Assembly: GCA_963827165.1 (NCBI GenBank)
Contig: CAWGZR010000004.1
Coordinates: 32,001 to 96,000, forward strand
Source of the DNA: Candidatus Bathyarchaeota archaeon
GTDB taxonomy: Archaea > Thermoproteota > Bathyarchaeia > Bathyarchaeales > Bathycorpusculaceae
Length of the DNA: 64,000 bases
Direction of reading: 5' to 3'
Shown here: in pieces, positions 49,306-59,930 of the stretch
Layout of the letters: the number at the start of each line of letters is the position of its first letter
Numbering within the stretch: position 1 is the stretch's first letter
Program-made: the position numbers and the translations under genes
Notes under the pieces: generated by a model
Seen by the model: only the letters and a program-made list of their open reading frames with translations
The model's database searches: none
What the model was told of the DNA's origin: nothing

Positions 49306-52227
49306 TTATGGTTTCTTTCTCATCATGAGCAACGCCAATACGGCGATTCCTATGATGACAACGATTATGATTGCAACTCCAATGTATTCTAGGGTGGCTT
49401 GTGTCGCTACGCCGCTAGCAGGGGTTGATGTTGGGGCGGATGTTGCTGGAGGTGCGCTTACAATCATGGTTGTCTGTGCGCTCGATGGGTAGTATCCGTT
49501 TGTGCCTGAGAATGTCGCGGTAACGGTGTATTTGCCTGGTACGTTTGGAGGTGTCCAAATGAAGTTGTATAAGCCGTTCATGTTGGTGGTGGCTTTGCCG
49601 ATGTTGATTGCGTTGTTGTTTGGATCAGTGGCGGTCAAGGTTACTGTCACTCCTGTGAAATTCGTTGGCTCTGCTTGCTGCTGATATACGTAACCCATCC
49701 AATCTTGCATGCTTGCGTCAGAGGCACATGGAACTCCGTTTGGAAAGTTCGCTTTTGGCGCGGTTTGTTGTGTGCCTGTTGAGGTGTCGATTACTGTGCC
49801 TTGTATAGCCACTGCGGCTCCTGCTGCTGTTGATGTGAGAGGTGCTTGTATCGATGTTGCGCTGGGTCCTTTGCCTACACTGTAGATTTGGCCGTCGTAT
49901 CCGTTAAAGAATGTCAAGTAGCCGTCTGCGACAGCGAATGCTGTGCCGGTTGCGGCCCACTCGCTTGGGTAGCCTGAAAGTCTCCATATTTGTTGTCCTG
50001 TGGTAGCGTTAATTGCGGATAATGTTGCACCCACGTAAATTGGGTTGGTTACAGTGTGTTCATCAGTAGCTAAGTATACGACGCCGTTGGCAATGTTTTG
50101 TATTTGGGTCGGATAGACACCGTATGGTCCGTTAAAGCCTGCGAAAGTGCTGTTGTCTGGTTGAGATGGTCCGGCGTTGCCGTATGTGAATATTAGTTTT
50201 CCTGTTTGATCGTTGTATGCGTAGCATGTTCCGCTATATGAGCTGCTGTATAGTGTGCCGTATGCAAGGAATGCTTGCAGAGGCGGAGATCCTGGTGTGC
50301 CATAGTAGTCGAAGGCTGCTTGAGATGGAGTTGGACCCCATATCTGTGCGCCGCTTGTTAGGCTGTAGCCGACCCACTGCATGGTTTCTTCATAGTTCAG
50401 AATGAACGTGCGAGTCTGCCAGTCAGCTCCACTGAAGGAGATAGTTAGGTTTCCTGTTGGCGGTGTGTAGGTCTTGCTCCATAGTAACGAACCGATCGCG
50501 CCTTTAGATGCGTTGAGGTTTATGGCGTACATTGTCCAAGGAGCTTGTGGTTGACCGGTGCCGTCTGCTGCGAAACCGGAGGGGAGTGCGGTGTAAGCAA
50601 TCATCATGTCACCAAAGTTGACTGCACCAACTGTCAATGGGTTAGATGGGAAGGTTTGCGGTACCGAGTTGAGCCATGACAGAGACATGTTCCAGTCATA
50701 AGTTGTTGGCGAATTAAATTTAGAAATTGCGTGACCTTCAGCAATACCGATGTCTCCTGCAACGTTAAGTGTAGTGCCATACGGAATGTGGACTGCGGTG
50801 CCGTTGGGGTATAATGCTGTTTCTCCAGTGATTGGAAGAGGAATCTGACTGCCAATGTCGCTGATGAGGAAGCCGTTGCCGGGTTGGATTAGGATTGAAG
50901 GCGAAACGCTTCCGCTGCCAGAGTATGGATTGATGTCGTATAGCCAGAGCCGTGAAGAGTTCCACTCTCCCATATACCAGTTTGGAGAGGTGGGCGTGCC
51001 TATGTTGTTGAAGATATACTGCAGATATTCGCCTTGTTGACCCCATGCTCCTGCGCCAGAGGGAACGTTAGTTACGTTGAATAGTGCTTGTCCTGTGAAA
51101 CCGTCAAAGAATTCCCAAGTGACTGGTGTGGAAAGCTGGAATGCTGCAAAGTTAAGACCGCCTATTTCAGCGACTAGTATTGGCGGGTAAACTCCGTGTT
51201 GGTCGGGATCGTAAACGTCGTAGATGTATCCGAATGATAATTGTGGAATATTTTGGTTGCTCCAAAGTTGCTGTCCTGTGCGGAGATTAACGCAGATGGT
51301 TGGCCCAGTTGCGCTTCCTCCCAGAAGGTTTGAACCCGTGAATGATGCGACCTGCGTGTAGTATAGGTATCCGTCTATTATTATCGGATTTTGGAATCTA
51401 GGTGCGTATGAGGAGCCTTCGAAGTAGCCAACTGAGTGGTCATTGGGATACAGGTTTCCTCCAACTTCTCCGCCGATTTGAGTCGGTGTTGTCCACATAA
51501 TATGCGAAGTCAGAGGTCCTATGGCGTCACCGTGGTACAAGCCAGTGCTAGTATAGCCTGATGGAGGAGGCATGGTTGCTGAGAATATCGATGCCCCGTA
51601 GCCTAGCCAGTTTGATGAAATCGTGAACCAGTTGTAGTTTGAGCCGTATATTGGTTCTTGCCAGTAGGCTGTCGGTAATGGTGCTCCTGTGGTTATTGGA
51701 ATTGGCGATGATTGAACGGTGAATGTTGTTGAGGTGCTGCTTGGCAGATAAGTGTCATTAACTAGATTTGAAGTGGGATTGTATTGGCCAGGGTATGCTG
51801 CGTAAGCTTGTCCTGGAAACTTAAAGGTTAAGGTATACGTGCCAGTGGTGGCAGGAGTGAAGGAATAGGCTTGTGATGATGTTGAGTCCGAGATGGTTGA
51901 AAAGACTTGTGTTGTGTTTGTTCCATCGGGTGCAGTAATGATGAGATTGTAGTCGTGGAATCGATAGTTGTTTGAAAGCAAGGCTTCGCTTGTGCCCACG
52001 GTTGCAGTGCCTGCCGATCCGAAAACGCTGTCAAGCCACATGTAAATGTGCACTGTCTGACCTACCCCTATTGGGCTAGGTGCAGCCCAGATGTATGCGT
52101 AAGTTGGAATGCTCCAGGCCGGCGTATGCGCGTTAACTGTTGGTACCAGTATGATTGAAGTTGACATTGAAATCGAAAGAAGAATTGCGAAAATAATAGC
52201 TATAGATTTACTATTTAGTTTTTGCAT
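49306..52227 (-). CDS. Secreted PQQ-like beta-propeller surface protein with C-terminal TM anchor
   Basis: Start MQKLNSK; HTPAWSIPTYAY; ATDEHT; FPNGVPCASDASM; TM-RKKP. Confidence 0.85.
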   Translation of the reverse strand: MQKLNSKSIAIIFAILLSISMSTSIILVPTVNAHTPAWSIPTYAYIWAAPSPIGVGQTVHIYMWLDSVFGSAGTATVGTSEALLSNNYRFHDYNLIITAPDGTNTTQVFSTISDSTSSQAYSFTPATTGTYTLTFKFPGQAYAAYPGQYNPTSNLVNDTYLPSSTSTTFTVQSSPIPITTGAPLPTAYWQEPIYGSNYNWFTISSNWLGYGASIFSATMPPPSGYTSTGLYHGDAIGPLTSHIMWTTPTQIGGEVGGNLYPNDHSVGYFEGSSYAPRFQNPIIIDGYLYYTQVASFTGSNLLGGSATGPTICVNLRTGQQLWSNQNIPQLSFGYIYDVYDPDQHGVYPPILVAEIGGLNFAAFQLSTPVTWEFFDGFTGQALFNVTNVPSGAGAWGQQGEYLQYIFNNIGTPTSPNWYMGEWNSSRLWLYDINPYSGSGSVSPSILIQPGNGFLISDIGSQIPLPITGETALYPNGTAVHIPYGTTLNVAGDIGIAEGHAISKFNSPTTYDWNMSLSWLNSVPQTFPSNPLTVGAVNFGDMMIAYTALPSGFAADGTGQPQAPWTMYAINLNASKGAIGSLLWSKTYTPPTGNLTISFSGADWQTRTFILNYEETMQWVGYSLTSGAQIWGPTPSQAAFDYYGTPGSPPLQAFLAYGTLYSSSYSGTCYAYNDQTGKLIFTYGNAGPSQPDNSTFAGFNGPYGVYPTQIQNIANGVVYLATDEHTVTNPIYVGATLSAINATTGQQIWRLSGYPSEWAATGTAFAVADGYLTFFNGYDGQIYSVGKGPSATSIQAPLTSTAAGAAVAIQGTVIDTSTGTQQTAPKANFPNGVPCASDASMQDWMGYVYQQQAEPTNFTGVTVTLTATDPNNNAINIGKATTNMNGLYNFIWTPPNVPGKYTVTATFSGTNGYYPSSAQTTMIVSAPPATSAPTSTPASGVATQATLEYIGVAIIIVVIIGIAVLALLMMRKKP

Positions 52228-52253
52228 TTTTGTTTTCCTCGATTTTATTTCTT

Positions 52254-52330
52254 GTGGAAGAAGAAGCTTCAAAATGTTAGCGTAAATTAGAGCTGAATTA
52301 GCGCTTAGTCGAAAGCTACTTCTTCCGCAC
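52254..52330 (-). promoter_or_regulatory. Long 5'-leader stem-loop of the beta-propeller gene
   Basis: GCGGAAGAAGTAGCTT pairs with AAGCTTCTTCTTCCAC (~16 bp, two mismatches), ending ~27 nt before the ATG. Confidence 0.6.
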
Positions 52331-52499
52331 TTAGAAAGTTGGTGCTTGCGGGCTAAAAAACATTGTGAAAAATACTAACGGCGAAAAACTCCAAAATTCT
52401 TATAAAAATGAAAATTAAATAATAGAATAAAAAAAAATAACCGCTTTTTAACCTTAAGAATAAAAAAAGAGCAAAAAAGGGTTTTTCAGAGCATCGAGG

Positions 52500-53990
52500 C
52501 TAGCTCGGCGCTGGGCGGGTTCCTAAGGTTAGCGATATGTCTTGGGTTTGACCGTTTCTCAGTACAGTGACGGTTATCGTTTGGTTTGGCAAGGTGTGCT
52601 CTGCTAGGTATGTTGATAAATCATCCTCGTTTACGATGCGCACTCCGTTGATAGCTGTGATTATGTCTCCTCCCGTAATTATCTGTGTTCCGTCGATGGT
52701 AGTTTGGTTTGAGCCAGCTTTGAGGCCCGCTTTGTCGGCTGGTCCGCCGCTTACAACTTGCTCAACAAGCAAGCCGTAGGTGACTTTGTACCCTTCTTGC
52801 GCTGCGATGTCATAGCTCATGTCAGCCACGCTTATGCCCATGTACGGGTAAGCTGTGTAAGAGCCGCTGGATACCAAGGAATTGATTTCGCGAAGGATCG
52901 TGCCTGATGAAATGGCGAATCCTAAGCCCTGAGCGGTACCGCCATTCTGGCTGTTTTCGATTCCAGCCGTGTTGATCCCAACGACTTGCCCCGCTGCGTT
53001 CAGCAAAGGTCCACCGGAGTTTCCCGGGTTAATCGGGGCGCTGAACTGGATGATGTCTGCAATAGGGTAATTGCCTGAGCTCGTTTCTTGGATGGTTCTG
53101 CCAAGGGCGCTTACGATTCCGGTTGTCATTGAGCCTGCTAAACCGAATGGGCTGCCGACGGCTGCCACGAATTGCCCTACGCTAAGGGTTGATGAATTAA
53201 CGATTTGAAGAGGTTGAAACTCAGTGGACGGAGCGTTATTCACCGATAGCACGGCTAAATCGGCGTACGGGTCAGCGCCTAAAACAGTTCCAGAGTAGCC
53301 GTCTCCATTCGAAAAGGTCACGCTGATTCCGGTTCCTGAAGCGATAACGTGATTGTTCGTTACCACGACCATGCGACCGTTTAGGTCATCGATGAAGCCT
53401 GAGCCTTCAACTAGGCTACTTGACTGAGTATCTGTTATTACAACAACTGAATCCTTAACTTGGTCGTAGAGTGCGGAAAGTGAAACGTTTTCGGGTACGG
53501 CTTGAACTGCGCTGCCGCTGTTGGTTGATGACAAACCCGCAATTTGATTCTGCAGGTCGGTAACTTGCTTTTGGAGATTGGACAGGTTGTTAGAATTCAT
53601 GTTGCCTACCCAGTAACCGAAGACGCCTGCGATTAGGCTGCATGCAATTATCGCTATCACTGCGGCTGCGAAAATGCGGTTTCTTCGGGATTTTCTGGAT
53701 GGCTTTGGTTGCTCGGGTAACGGCGAGAATTGGGGTTGTTGAGGCTGAGGTTGCGGGGAAGACTCAGGTTGTGTTGCTGGTGCGGATGGTTGCTGGGGAG
53801 ATTCCGGCTGTTGGGGAGGCGGCGACTGGTCGGGTTGTTGAGTTGGGGGAGTTGACTCAGGCTGCTGACTTGGCGGTGAAGGTTCGGGCTGTTGGGGTTG
53901 CTCAGAGGGTTGGGGCTGCTGAGGCTCTCGGCTGGGTTCGGGCTGCGTGGAAGACCCTGAATCGTCAGGTTGCTGCGGTGGCTGCTCCAT
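52500..53990 (-). CDS. HtrA/DegP-like serine protease with PDZ domain and P/Q-rich N-terminus
   Basis: GSGF, TNNHV, DLAVL, INPGNSGGPL, GPADKAGL. Confidence 0.92.
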   Translation of the reverse strand: MEQPPQQPDDSGSSTQPEPSREPQQPQPSEQPQQPEPSPPSQQPESTPPTQQPDQSPPPQQPESPQQPSAPATQPESSPQPQPQQPQFSPLPEQPKPSRKSRRNRIFAAAVIAIIACSLIAGVFGYWVGNMNSNNLSNLQKQVTDLQNQIAGLSSTNSGSAVQAVPENVSLSALYDQVKDSVVVITDTQSSSLVEGSGFIDDLNGRMVVVTNNHVIASGTGISVTFSNGDGYSGTVLGADPYADLAVLSVNNAPSTEFQPLQIVNSSTLSVGQFVAAVGSPFGLAGSMTTGIVSALGRTIQETSSGNYPIADIIQFSAPINPGNSGGPLLNAAGQVVGINTAGIENSQNGGTAQGLGFAISSGTILREINSLVSSGSYTAYPYMGISVADMSYDIAAQEGYKVTYGLLVEQVVSGGPADKAGLKAGSNQTTIDGTQIITGGDIITAINGVRIVNEDDLSTYLAEHTLPNQTITVTVLRNGQTQDISLTLGTRPAPS

Positions 53991-54597
53991 TACAAATCTC
54001 TCCCAACTGCGGCAAACGTTACCCCAAATAGCGAGGTCACTGTTACTGAACTAAACTGATAAGCCATATCCATTATTCTCCATAACGAGTGATGTTCTTA
54101 AATCCAAGATGTTATTAAAAAGTTTTTCATAATTATACCCCAATTACATGCAAGCATAAACTTGAGTGAAATAGTCTCGCGATGGGATGTGAATTAAAAA
54201 TTTGACCTTTCTCAAGCTGCATTTAATTTGAATCTGAAAATGACTATTACTAGCTCTCTGCACTGCGTTCACATAATCAGAATTTACTAAGTTAACCGCC
54301 GCTGATTCTTTCAACATCCGATTGCTTCAAGCCGGTTCAAGTGTACGTTCTTCAAACAATTTAGCGGTATTACGCCATTTGATACTTAGGGCAAAAAGGT
54401 GATTAAGCGGATTTAACCATGCGCTAACGGCGACAGGTGGCAAAAAGCAGTAGGGGTGCGCCTTTTCGCCTGTTAGCAGTCAGAACCGCCCAACAGATGG
54501 GAATTGATTGCTACCTTCCTTGATAGCTCTCTTACAGTGTTAGCAAATATAAGGGAATGCTGTTACACAATGATGCCATAAAATGAAGCAACAATCG

Positions 54598-54720
54598 CTA
54601 ATACTGAAATGGTCTTAGGCGTGATTGCCCCTTATGCTTGTTCATTCGGTGCAACCTCAGCTCTTTTGGGTCTGCCAGCATAATTTTGCAAATTGGACAC
54701 ATATATTTCTCATAACTCAT
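54598..54720 (-). CDS. 40-aa C2H2 zinc-finger microprotein (below ORF cutoff)
   Basis: MSYEKYMCPICKIMLADPKELRLHRMNKHKG: C-x2-C-x12-H-x4-H. Confidence 0.6.
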   Translation of the reverse strand: MSYEKYMCPICKIMLADPKELRLHRMNKHKGQSRLRPFQY

Positions 54721-55247
54721 TTCAAAAAGCAACAGGACTAATTAGTTTTCAAAGAATATGAACTTATGTACGAATTCCCGACTTTAGAAGTACCCAATTT
54801 TTTTAGCTTAGCAATTTTTTAAAAAAGTCAAGCGAAACGGAAAAAGATTTTTTTTATAGGGAAGCCGGTGTCTACTCGGTTTGGTATATCCTATCACATA
54901 AGGTAAAGGTATAGTGTATGTAGTGTCAGAATCGAGTAAACACTCAAAACAGAGGAAAAATAAGAGAAAAGGAAAAAAGATAAGAAAAATTACCTCCTCA
55001 TAAACAAAATCATAATCGGAGACAGTTTAAGTTTCGGCATAATAGCTCGTATTTTAGTTTTGGTAAGTTAAACCAGAAATAAAATATTTTGAAATTGGAT
55101 ATTAATGGGGTTAGCCAAAACGTTATGGCAACGAGGGCAAAAACATAACGCTAAAGCAAGTTAGCAGAAAACTGTAGTTGCTACTATGAGACAATAAATA
55201 CTTTTAACAAAAAAATTGCTTATGGATAGCTTCTTAAAAGTGTCTCC

Positions 55248-55373
55248 ATGGTAACTTGCCCTAATTGCGGAAAAGAACTAACTAAACCTGCAAAACGATT
55301 GTAAAACCATGTTTTTTGCATCGAAGAATACAATTGTGACAATTGCGGAAAAAGTTTCAAAATTAACCGTTAA
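55248..55373 (+). pseudogene. Small zinc-ribbon protein with an internal TAA
   Basis: MVTCPNCGKELTKPAKRL*NHVFCIEEYNCDNCGKSFKINR*. Confidence 0.6.
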
Positions 55374-55414
55374 GCTTAGAATTGACCGAAAGAGTAAATG
55401 GGCAAAAAAGTAAA

Positions 55415-55660
55415 TTATGGCTTATAGATAAGTAAATATTTTCTTTCTTTATCCTCTTCAATCGTTAAGCCGTGTTTCTTTGCATATTCATCGATTGCTG
55501 TCTTATAATCGCACTTTATTTGAATCTGATAATGGTTAGGCGCTTTTTCGCTTATGTGCACATAAGACGGCTCAACTAAACCATTAGCCACTAACTCTTT
55601 CAACATAGACATAGCTTCGAGTCTATCCAAGTGTACCACCCTCTCTCTGTACGCCCACAA
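55415..55660 (-). CDS. Small hypothetical protein (DRxEA family, paralog 2)
   Basis: LDRLEAMSMLKEL...HYQIQIK...LIYKP. Confidence 0.65.
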   Translation of the reverse strand: MWAYRERVVHLDRLEAMSMLKELVANGLVEPSYVHISEKAPNHYQIQIKCDYKTAIDEYAKKHGLTIEEDKERKYLLIYKP

Positions 55661-55855
55661 ACAACTTAGCAGTTATCAGTTTATAAAACTACTTGCAAAG
55701 TGTAGTTAACTAAATTAGCCAAGTTTGAAGTTAGCAGAAGAGCGGCTATTTCCATCAACGAATTGGTAAAGAGGGCAAAAATAAGAATGGATGTTTGTTG
55801 TATCTTTTGGTTCCTACAAATGCTTTTAAGACCGTAAAGTACCGTACTTTGTGCA

Positions 55856-56119
55856 ATGGATAGAGAAGAAGCCGTTACCGTAATCAAAGAAATTTTTGAA
55901 CGATGTCGTTTCATAGAAGGCAGGTCGTTAAAACTTTTGCCACCCAAAGAAAATAATGCACTATCAGATACGTTTCAAGTACATATTGATGCAAGAGAAG
56001 ACGGTCTGCTAATTTCATGCATTACAAATGTCGCAAAGAAACACAAATTAGACGTTAGGTGTGAAAAAGGCTATTGTATTGTGTACAAACCATATCCACG
56101 AATTATTAAGTCTACTTGA
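55856..56119 (+). CDS. Small hypothetical protein (DRxEA family, paralog 3)
   Basis: MDREEAVTVIKEI...TFQVHI...IVYKP. Confidence 0.65.
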   Translation: MDREEAVTVIKEIFERCRFIEGRSLKLLPPKENNALSDTFQVHIDAREDGLLISCITNVAKKHKLDVRCEKGYCIVYKPYPRIIKST

Positions 56120-56510
56120 AGCGCAAAAAAAGCACAAGGGCAGGTACCTCCTTCAACGGTAGGGCTATGGCTGTTACCCAATTTCCAATGATGATGATAA
56201 TCTTAAATCTGAAAAGTGTAAATTCGTTGGGTTTACTCTGGAAAAGTAAGTTTCCCACCACAAGCAGGGCATTCTATTAGGAACTTCTTTTGAATAGATT
56301 TTAATTCAAATGAGCACGCAAAACAAAAATAGATTTGGCATTTAGAGCAGTGTTTACTTGCACCACCAACACTCTTTCCGCAAGCATCGCAAGGTCGGGT
56401 TAAATCAACCATAATTCTATTTCGATTAAACCTGAAAGATAAACTGAGAACCTAAACGACAGTTCAGACCAGTGCCGGAAAAGGGATCGAATCCAAGCAT
56501 AACTAAACTT

Positions 56511-58301
56511 CTATGGGATTTGAACCGTAGACCGATTTAATTCAACATCAGTAAACATCTGGACTTGCGGGAATTGACTTTTCGAAAGTTTAATTGGCAG
56601 GTTGATGGTAAATGTTGTTCCTTTCCCAGCTGAGTTCTCTGCTCCAATTTTTCCTCCATGCGCCTCCACAATTCTTTTGCAAATTGCTAAGCTCATACCC
56701 ATCCCTTTTGCCTTAGTGGTTACGAGAGGGGCGAATAACTTGGGTAAGATTTTCTCCGGGATGCCTACGCCGGAATCAGTAAATGATATTTCAATATTCA
56801 CTCCTTTCAGGGTACTTTGTATTTGTATAATGCCTTTTTCTGGCGTGGCATCTATTGCGTTATTTATTATGCTTGCGAAGACTTTTTCCATTCTTTGGGC
56901 ATCCAGAAACAGCTTTACGTCGTCCGTGGCGTTGTTTATTATGTTTAAGCGGTCAGGAACCTGAATGTTAGAAAGCGCATGCAAAACAAGCGACTTAGGA
57001 GTGCACTGCTGCGGTTGCAAGTTCAGCTCGCTTGAATAGTCTAATAAGCTAGCGATAATTCTATCTGAATCCTCAATTGCGTTCTCAATATGATTAAGAA
57101 GCTCTTCCTTCTTTGCTCTTTCAAGTTGGTTATCTTTCTTTCTAATAACATATATACCGTTTTTAATGGCGGCTAAGGGGTTACGCAAGTCGTGTCCAAG
57201 CTGTACCGCCAACTCCCCAATTGAAGCAAGTTTTTCCGCTTTTACAAGTTTTTCCTCCATCTCTTTGCGGTCTGTAATATCATGGATAATGCATACTATC
57301 CCTATTTCATGGCCTAATTTGCTCTTGACAATTGAACCTGAAAAAAACACATTTAATCTTGTTCCATTTTTGTTTTTGAAAATTAATTCGCGGTTTCTGA
57401 TTATTTTCTCGGCTGCCAATTCTTCGAATTGATTTAAACAAGCCTTTTCTTCGCTTTCTGCGCAAAGTTCTGTTATTGATTTACCTATTAATTCCTTCTT
57501 TTCATAACCTGTGAAATTTATTAAACGCTCATTTACTTGTAGAATTTTTGCTTGCATGTCTGTTAGAATTAGTGAGTCCGGCATTGTAGTGAGGATGTTT
57601 TCTGCGGCTAAGGCTGCATCAAAAGTAAATAAGTCATATTTAACAATCGCGTATCCGACAAATCCGCTGAAGAAGAATGTCGCTACGAACCCAAAATTTG
57701 GAATGTCCATATTAATTGCGCGGGCTACGATATTGGTGCTTAGGAATGCGGCTATGGGAATGGCAAAGCCGATTGTTACATATTTTCTTCGCTGCTTCTG
57801 CATTATATCCTCTGCATTGTGATAGTATCTGTAGCAGAGAACAAACGCTATAATCGGTAAGCCTGCTGTCCAAATGATGGAACCATAGTAGAGCCATGTT
57901 CCAGATGCAACGTCGTTGAAACCCCAGTATTCCATGATTGGCGGACTATTTATCAGGCTTGTGGATAAATCGATGAGCCAAAATGCTACTGCAGGCAAAA
58001 ACAGAAATAGATAGTTTACCTTGTTTTTTATCAATTTGTTTTCTGTGAAGACTAGAGCGAACGAGGCGACTAAAGCAACGAAAAAAGGCCACGTGGTTCC
58101 CATTTTGTTCCAGAAATTAGCACCTGTAAAGTCGGTTGCTGTCCACATCATGACCGTGGTGAATGCGTACCAGAAAGCGGCTAATGCTGTTAGAAGGAAG
58201 ATTTTATTAAGAGTTGATTTTCTGTTAAATGAAAACACTATTATGCCTAGAAACAAGCAAGCAAGACTTGCGGTTAACGTAAACCAAGCGAATACATTCA
58301 T
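56511..58301 (-). CDS. 7TM-PAS sensor histidine kinase
   Basis: Seven TMs, PAS domain, HDLRNPL, NAIDA, DSGVGI, GMGMSL. Confidence 0.92.
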   Translation of the reverse strand: MNVFAWFTLTASLACLFLGIIVFSFNRKSTLNKIFLLTALAAFWYAFTTVMMWTATDFTGANFWNKMGTTWPFFVALVASFALVFTENKLIKNKVNYLFLFLPAVAFWLIDLSTSLINSPPIMEYWGFNDVASGTWLYYGSIIWTAGLPIIAFVLCYRYYHNAEDIMQKQRRKYVTIGFAIPIAAFLSTNIVARAINMDIPNFGFVATFFFSGFVGYAIVKYDLFTFDAALAAENILTTMPDSLILTDMQAKILQVNERLINFTGYEKKELIGKSITELCAESEEKACLNQFEELAAEKIIRNRELIFKNKNGTRLNVFFSGSIVKSKLGHEIGIVCIIHDITDRKEMEEKLVKAEKLASIGELAVQLGHDLRNPLAAIKNGIYVIRKKDNQLERAKKEELLNHIENAIEDSDRIIASLLDYSSELNLQPQQCTPKSLVLHALSNIQVPDRLNIINNATDDVKLFLDAQRMEKVFASIINNAIDATPEKGIIQIQSTLKGVNIEISFTDSGVGIPEKILPKLFAPLVTTKAKGMGMSLAICKRIVEAHGGKIGAENSAGKGTTFTINLPIKLSKSQFPQVQMFTDVELNRSTVQIP

Positions 58302-58839
58302 AGATTTCTATCCATGTTCTAAATCAAATTGCTTCATCAAACGCGTCACGCGTTATCTTATTTTTTTATTCACTCTGCAGGATAGAAAGGGACTCTTAAA
58401 TTGCATTTAAAACATGTGAATTTTTAGTAATTATTGACACTCCAAAGTTGAGAAGAATTATTTCTTTAACTACAAGTAGTTCCCTTACCTGTATCGTGAA
58501 AATTAATTAGTCCAATGGCCTAGCCAGTTTCTATTTTTTAAAAGAATACGATGCAATATCTTTTTTTCGAACATTTTTTCTTAGCTTGCTTCGCCTCTTC
58601 TGCAGCAAGCAAACTGCTGGGGGAAAATTCGTGTGTGTCTTCTTCCCCCCTTTCTGTTTCTTTCCTCGTCCCTCTCATTGTGTGAGATATATAGTATGTG
58701 TAATAGTATGAGATAGATTGTGATTGATGGAGTAATAGTAATTGTGTGCAAGTTGGTTGGTTGGTTGGATTAAAATTTAATCTCTCTCTATTGTCACAGA
58801 CAGAGCGCGCTAAAAAAATAAATAAGGACCGTTTAGTAG

Positions 58840-59559
58840 TTAAGAAGCCTCTTTGATGTAGCCTTTAACCGCTTCATCAGATAGCATATCCCATTTCTTT
58901 GTTGCTACAGGTATCACAGCAATCTTTACTCTGAGCGGTAACTCTCTCGCTTGTAACGCTTTTACTAAACATTTTACTGCGAGCTTTACGCCTTCTTCAA
59001 GAGTTAAATCTTCACGGTACATTTCTTTTAGCATTGGTAGAACTATTTCTGTTCCTGCACCTACAGCTGTGGCTTTGTATCTCAGGTAGTTTCCGCTTGG
59101 ATGAGTTCCGAAGACACGTGGACCTGTTTTGTCGACGCCTCCTAATATCATGGCGACACCGAAGGGTCTTCCACCTCCGTGTTGTGTATACGTTTGTTGG
59201 GTGTCGCATATTTTTTGGGTTGCGACTTCTACATCAATGGGTTCATCGTATGTCCGTTTATTACTTTGCGCGTCGATACGTGCTTGGTCGATTAGGACTC
59301 TTGCGTCGGAACCTAAGCCTATAATAGCTGCTCCCATGTGTTCGTCTACTTGAAAAATTTTCCATGAGCGACCTACTTCTTCAAGGACTTCTGCATTTTC
59401 TTCTGAACCTAGAACAACTCCTTCTGCACATCGGATACCCACAATGGTGCCTCCACGATTCACTAATTCTCTTGCATATTCGACTTGGTAAAGTCGTCCA
59501 TCAGGCGAGAAAACAGTATTATTATAATCATATGCTCCTGGTCTTGCAAATGCAGACAA
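58840..59559 (-). CDS. psmA: Proteasome alpha subunit (possibly a secondary paralog)
   Basis: YD...TVFSPDGRLYQVEYA, KIFQVDEH, YTQHGGGRPFGV. Confidence 0.9.
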   Translation of the reverse strand: MSAFARPGAYDYNNTVFSPDGRLYQVEYARELVNRGGTIVGIRCAEGVVLGSEENAEVLEEVGRSWKIFQVDEHMGAAIIGLGSDARVLIDQARIDAQSNKRTYDEPIDVEVATQKICDTQQTYTQHGGGRPFGVAMILGGVDKTGPRVFGTHPSGNYLRYKATAVGAGTEIVLPMLKEMYREDLTLEEGVKLAVKCLVKALQARELPLRVKIAVIPVATKKWDMLSDEAVKGYIKEAS

Positions 59560-59767
59560 AGTATTACCTCTATTTCACAGAGTAACTTGAGTTTTCTAGA
59601 GGCTTATATAAGTATGCGCTCGGTTCTCAGCCAAAGATTTTTCTTGTGCGCGCGCAGTTAACCCGAAGATACTGAACGGTCACTATCCAGAAAACGAGTT
59701 CTTCATAGCTAAAAAAGCAAGGGTATAAGCATAAGAGCAGTGAGTGTAAGCATGAGAAAAGAGGTAA

Positions 59768-59908
59768 ATGAAAATGTGCCAATTAAGAGCAGGTTTAGTT
59801 AAAAACTGCCGCAGGTGCAAATCGAGTATACGACTTAATTGCCCTATTAGAAAGAAAGCGAAAACGAAGACCTACACAGACACCATGAAGAAGGGAGAAA
59901 ACAAATAA
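59768..59908 (+). CDS. 46-aa basic Cys4 microprotein
   Basis: GAGGT before ATG; MKMCQLRAGLVKNCRRCKSSIRLNCPIRKK. Confidence 0.45.
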   Translation: MKMCQLRAGLVKNCRRCKSSIRLNCPIRKKAKTKTYTDTMKKGENK

Positions 59909-59930
59909 CAACTACAAAGAGTGAAACCAA

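Noticed and set aside
22005-52227. Diversity-generating retroelement acting on the propeller paralogs
   Set aside because: No reverse transcriptase and no TR/VR pair with adenine-specific differences seen
56186-56213. C/D-box-like ATGATGA...CTGA
   Set aside because: Too short, no C'/D' pair or identifiable guide
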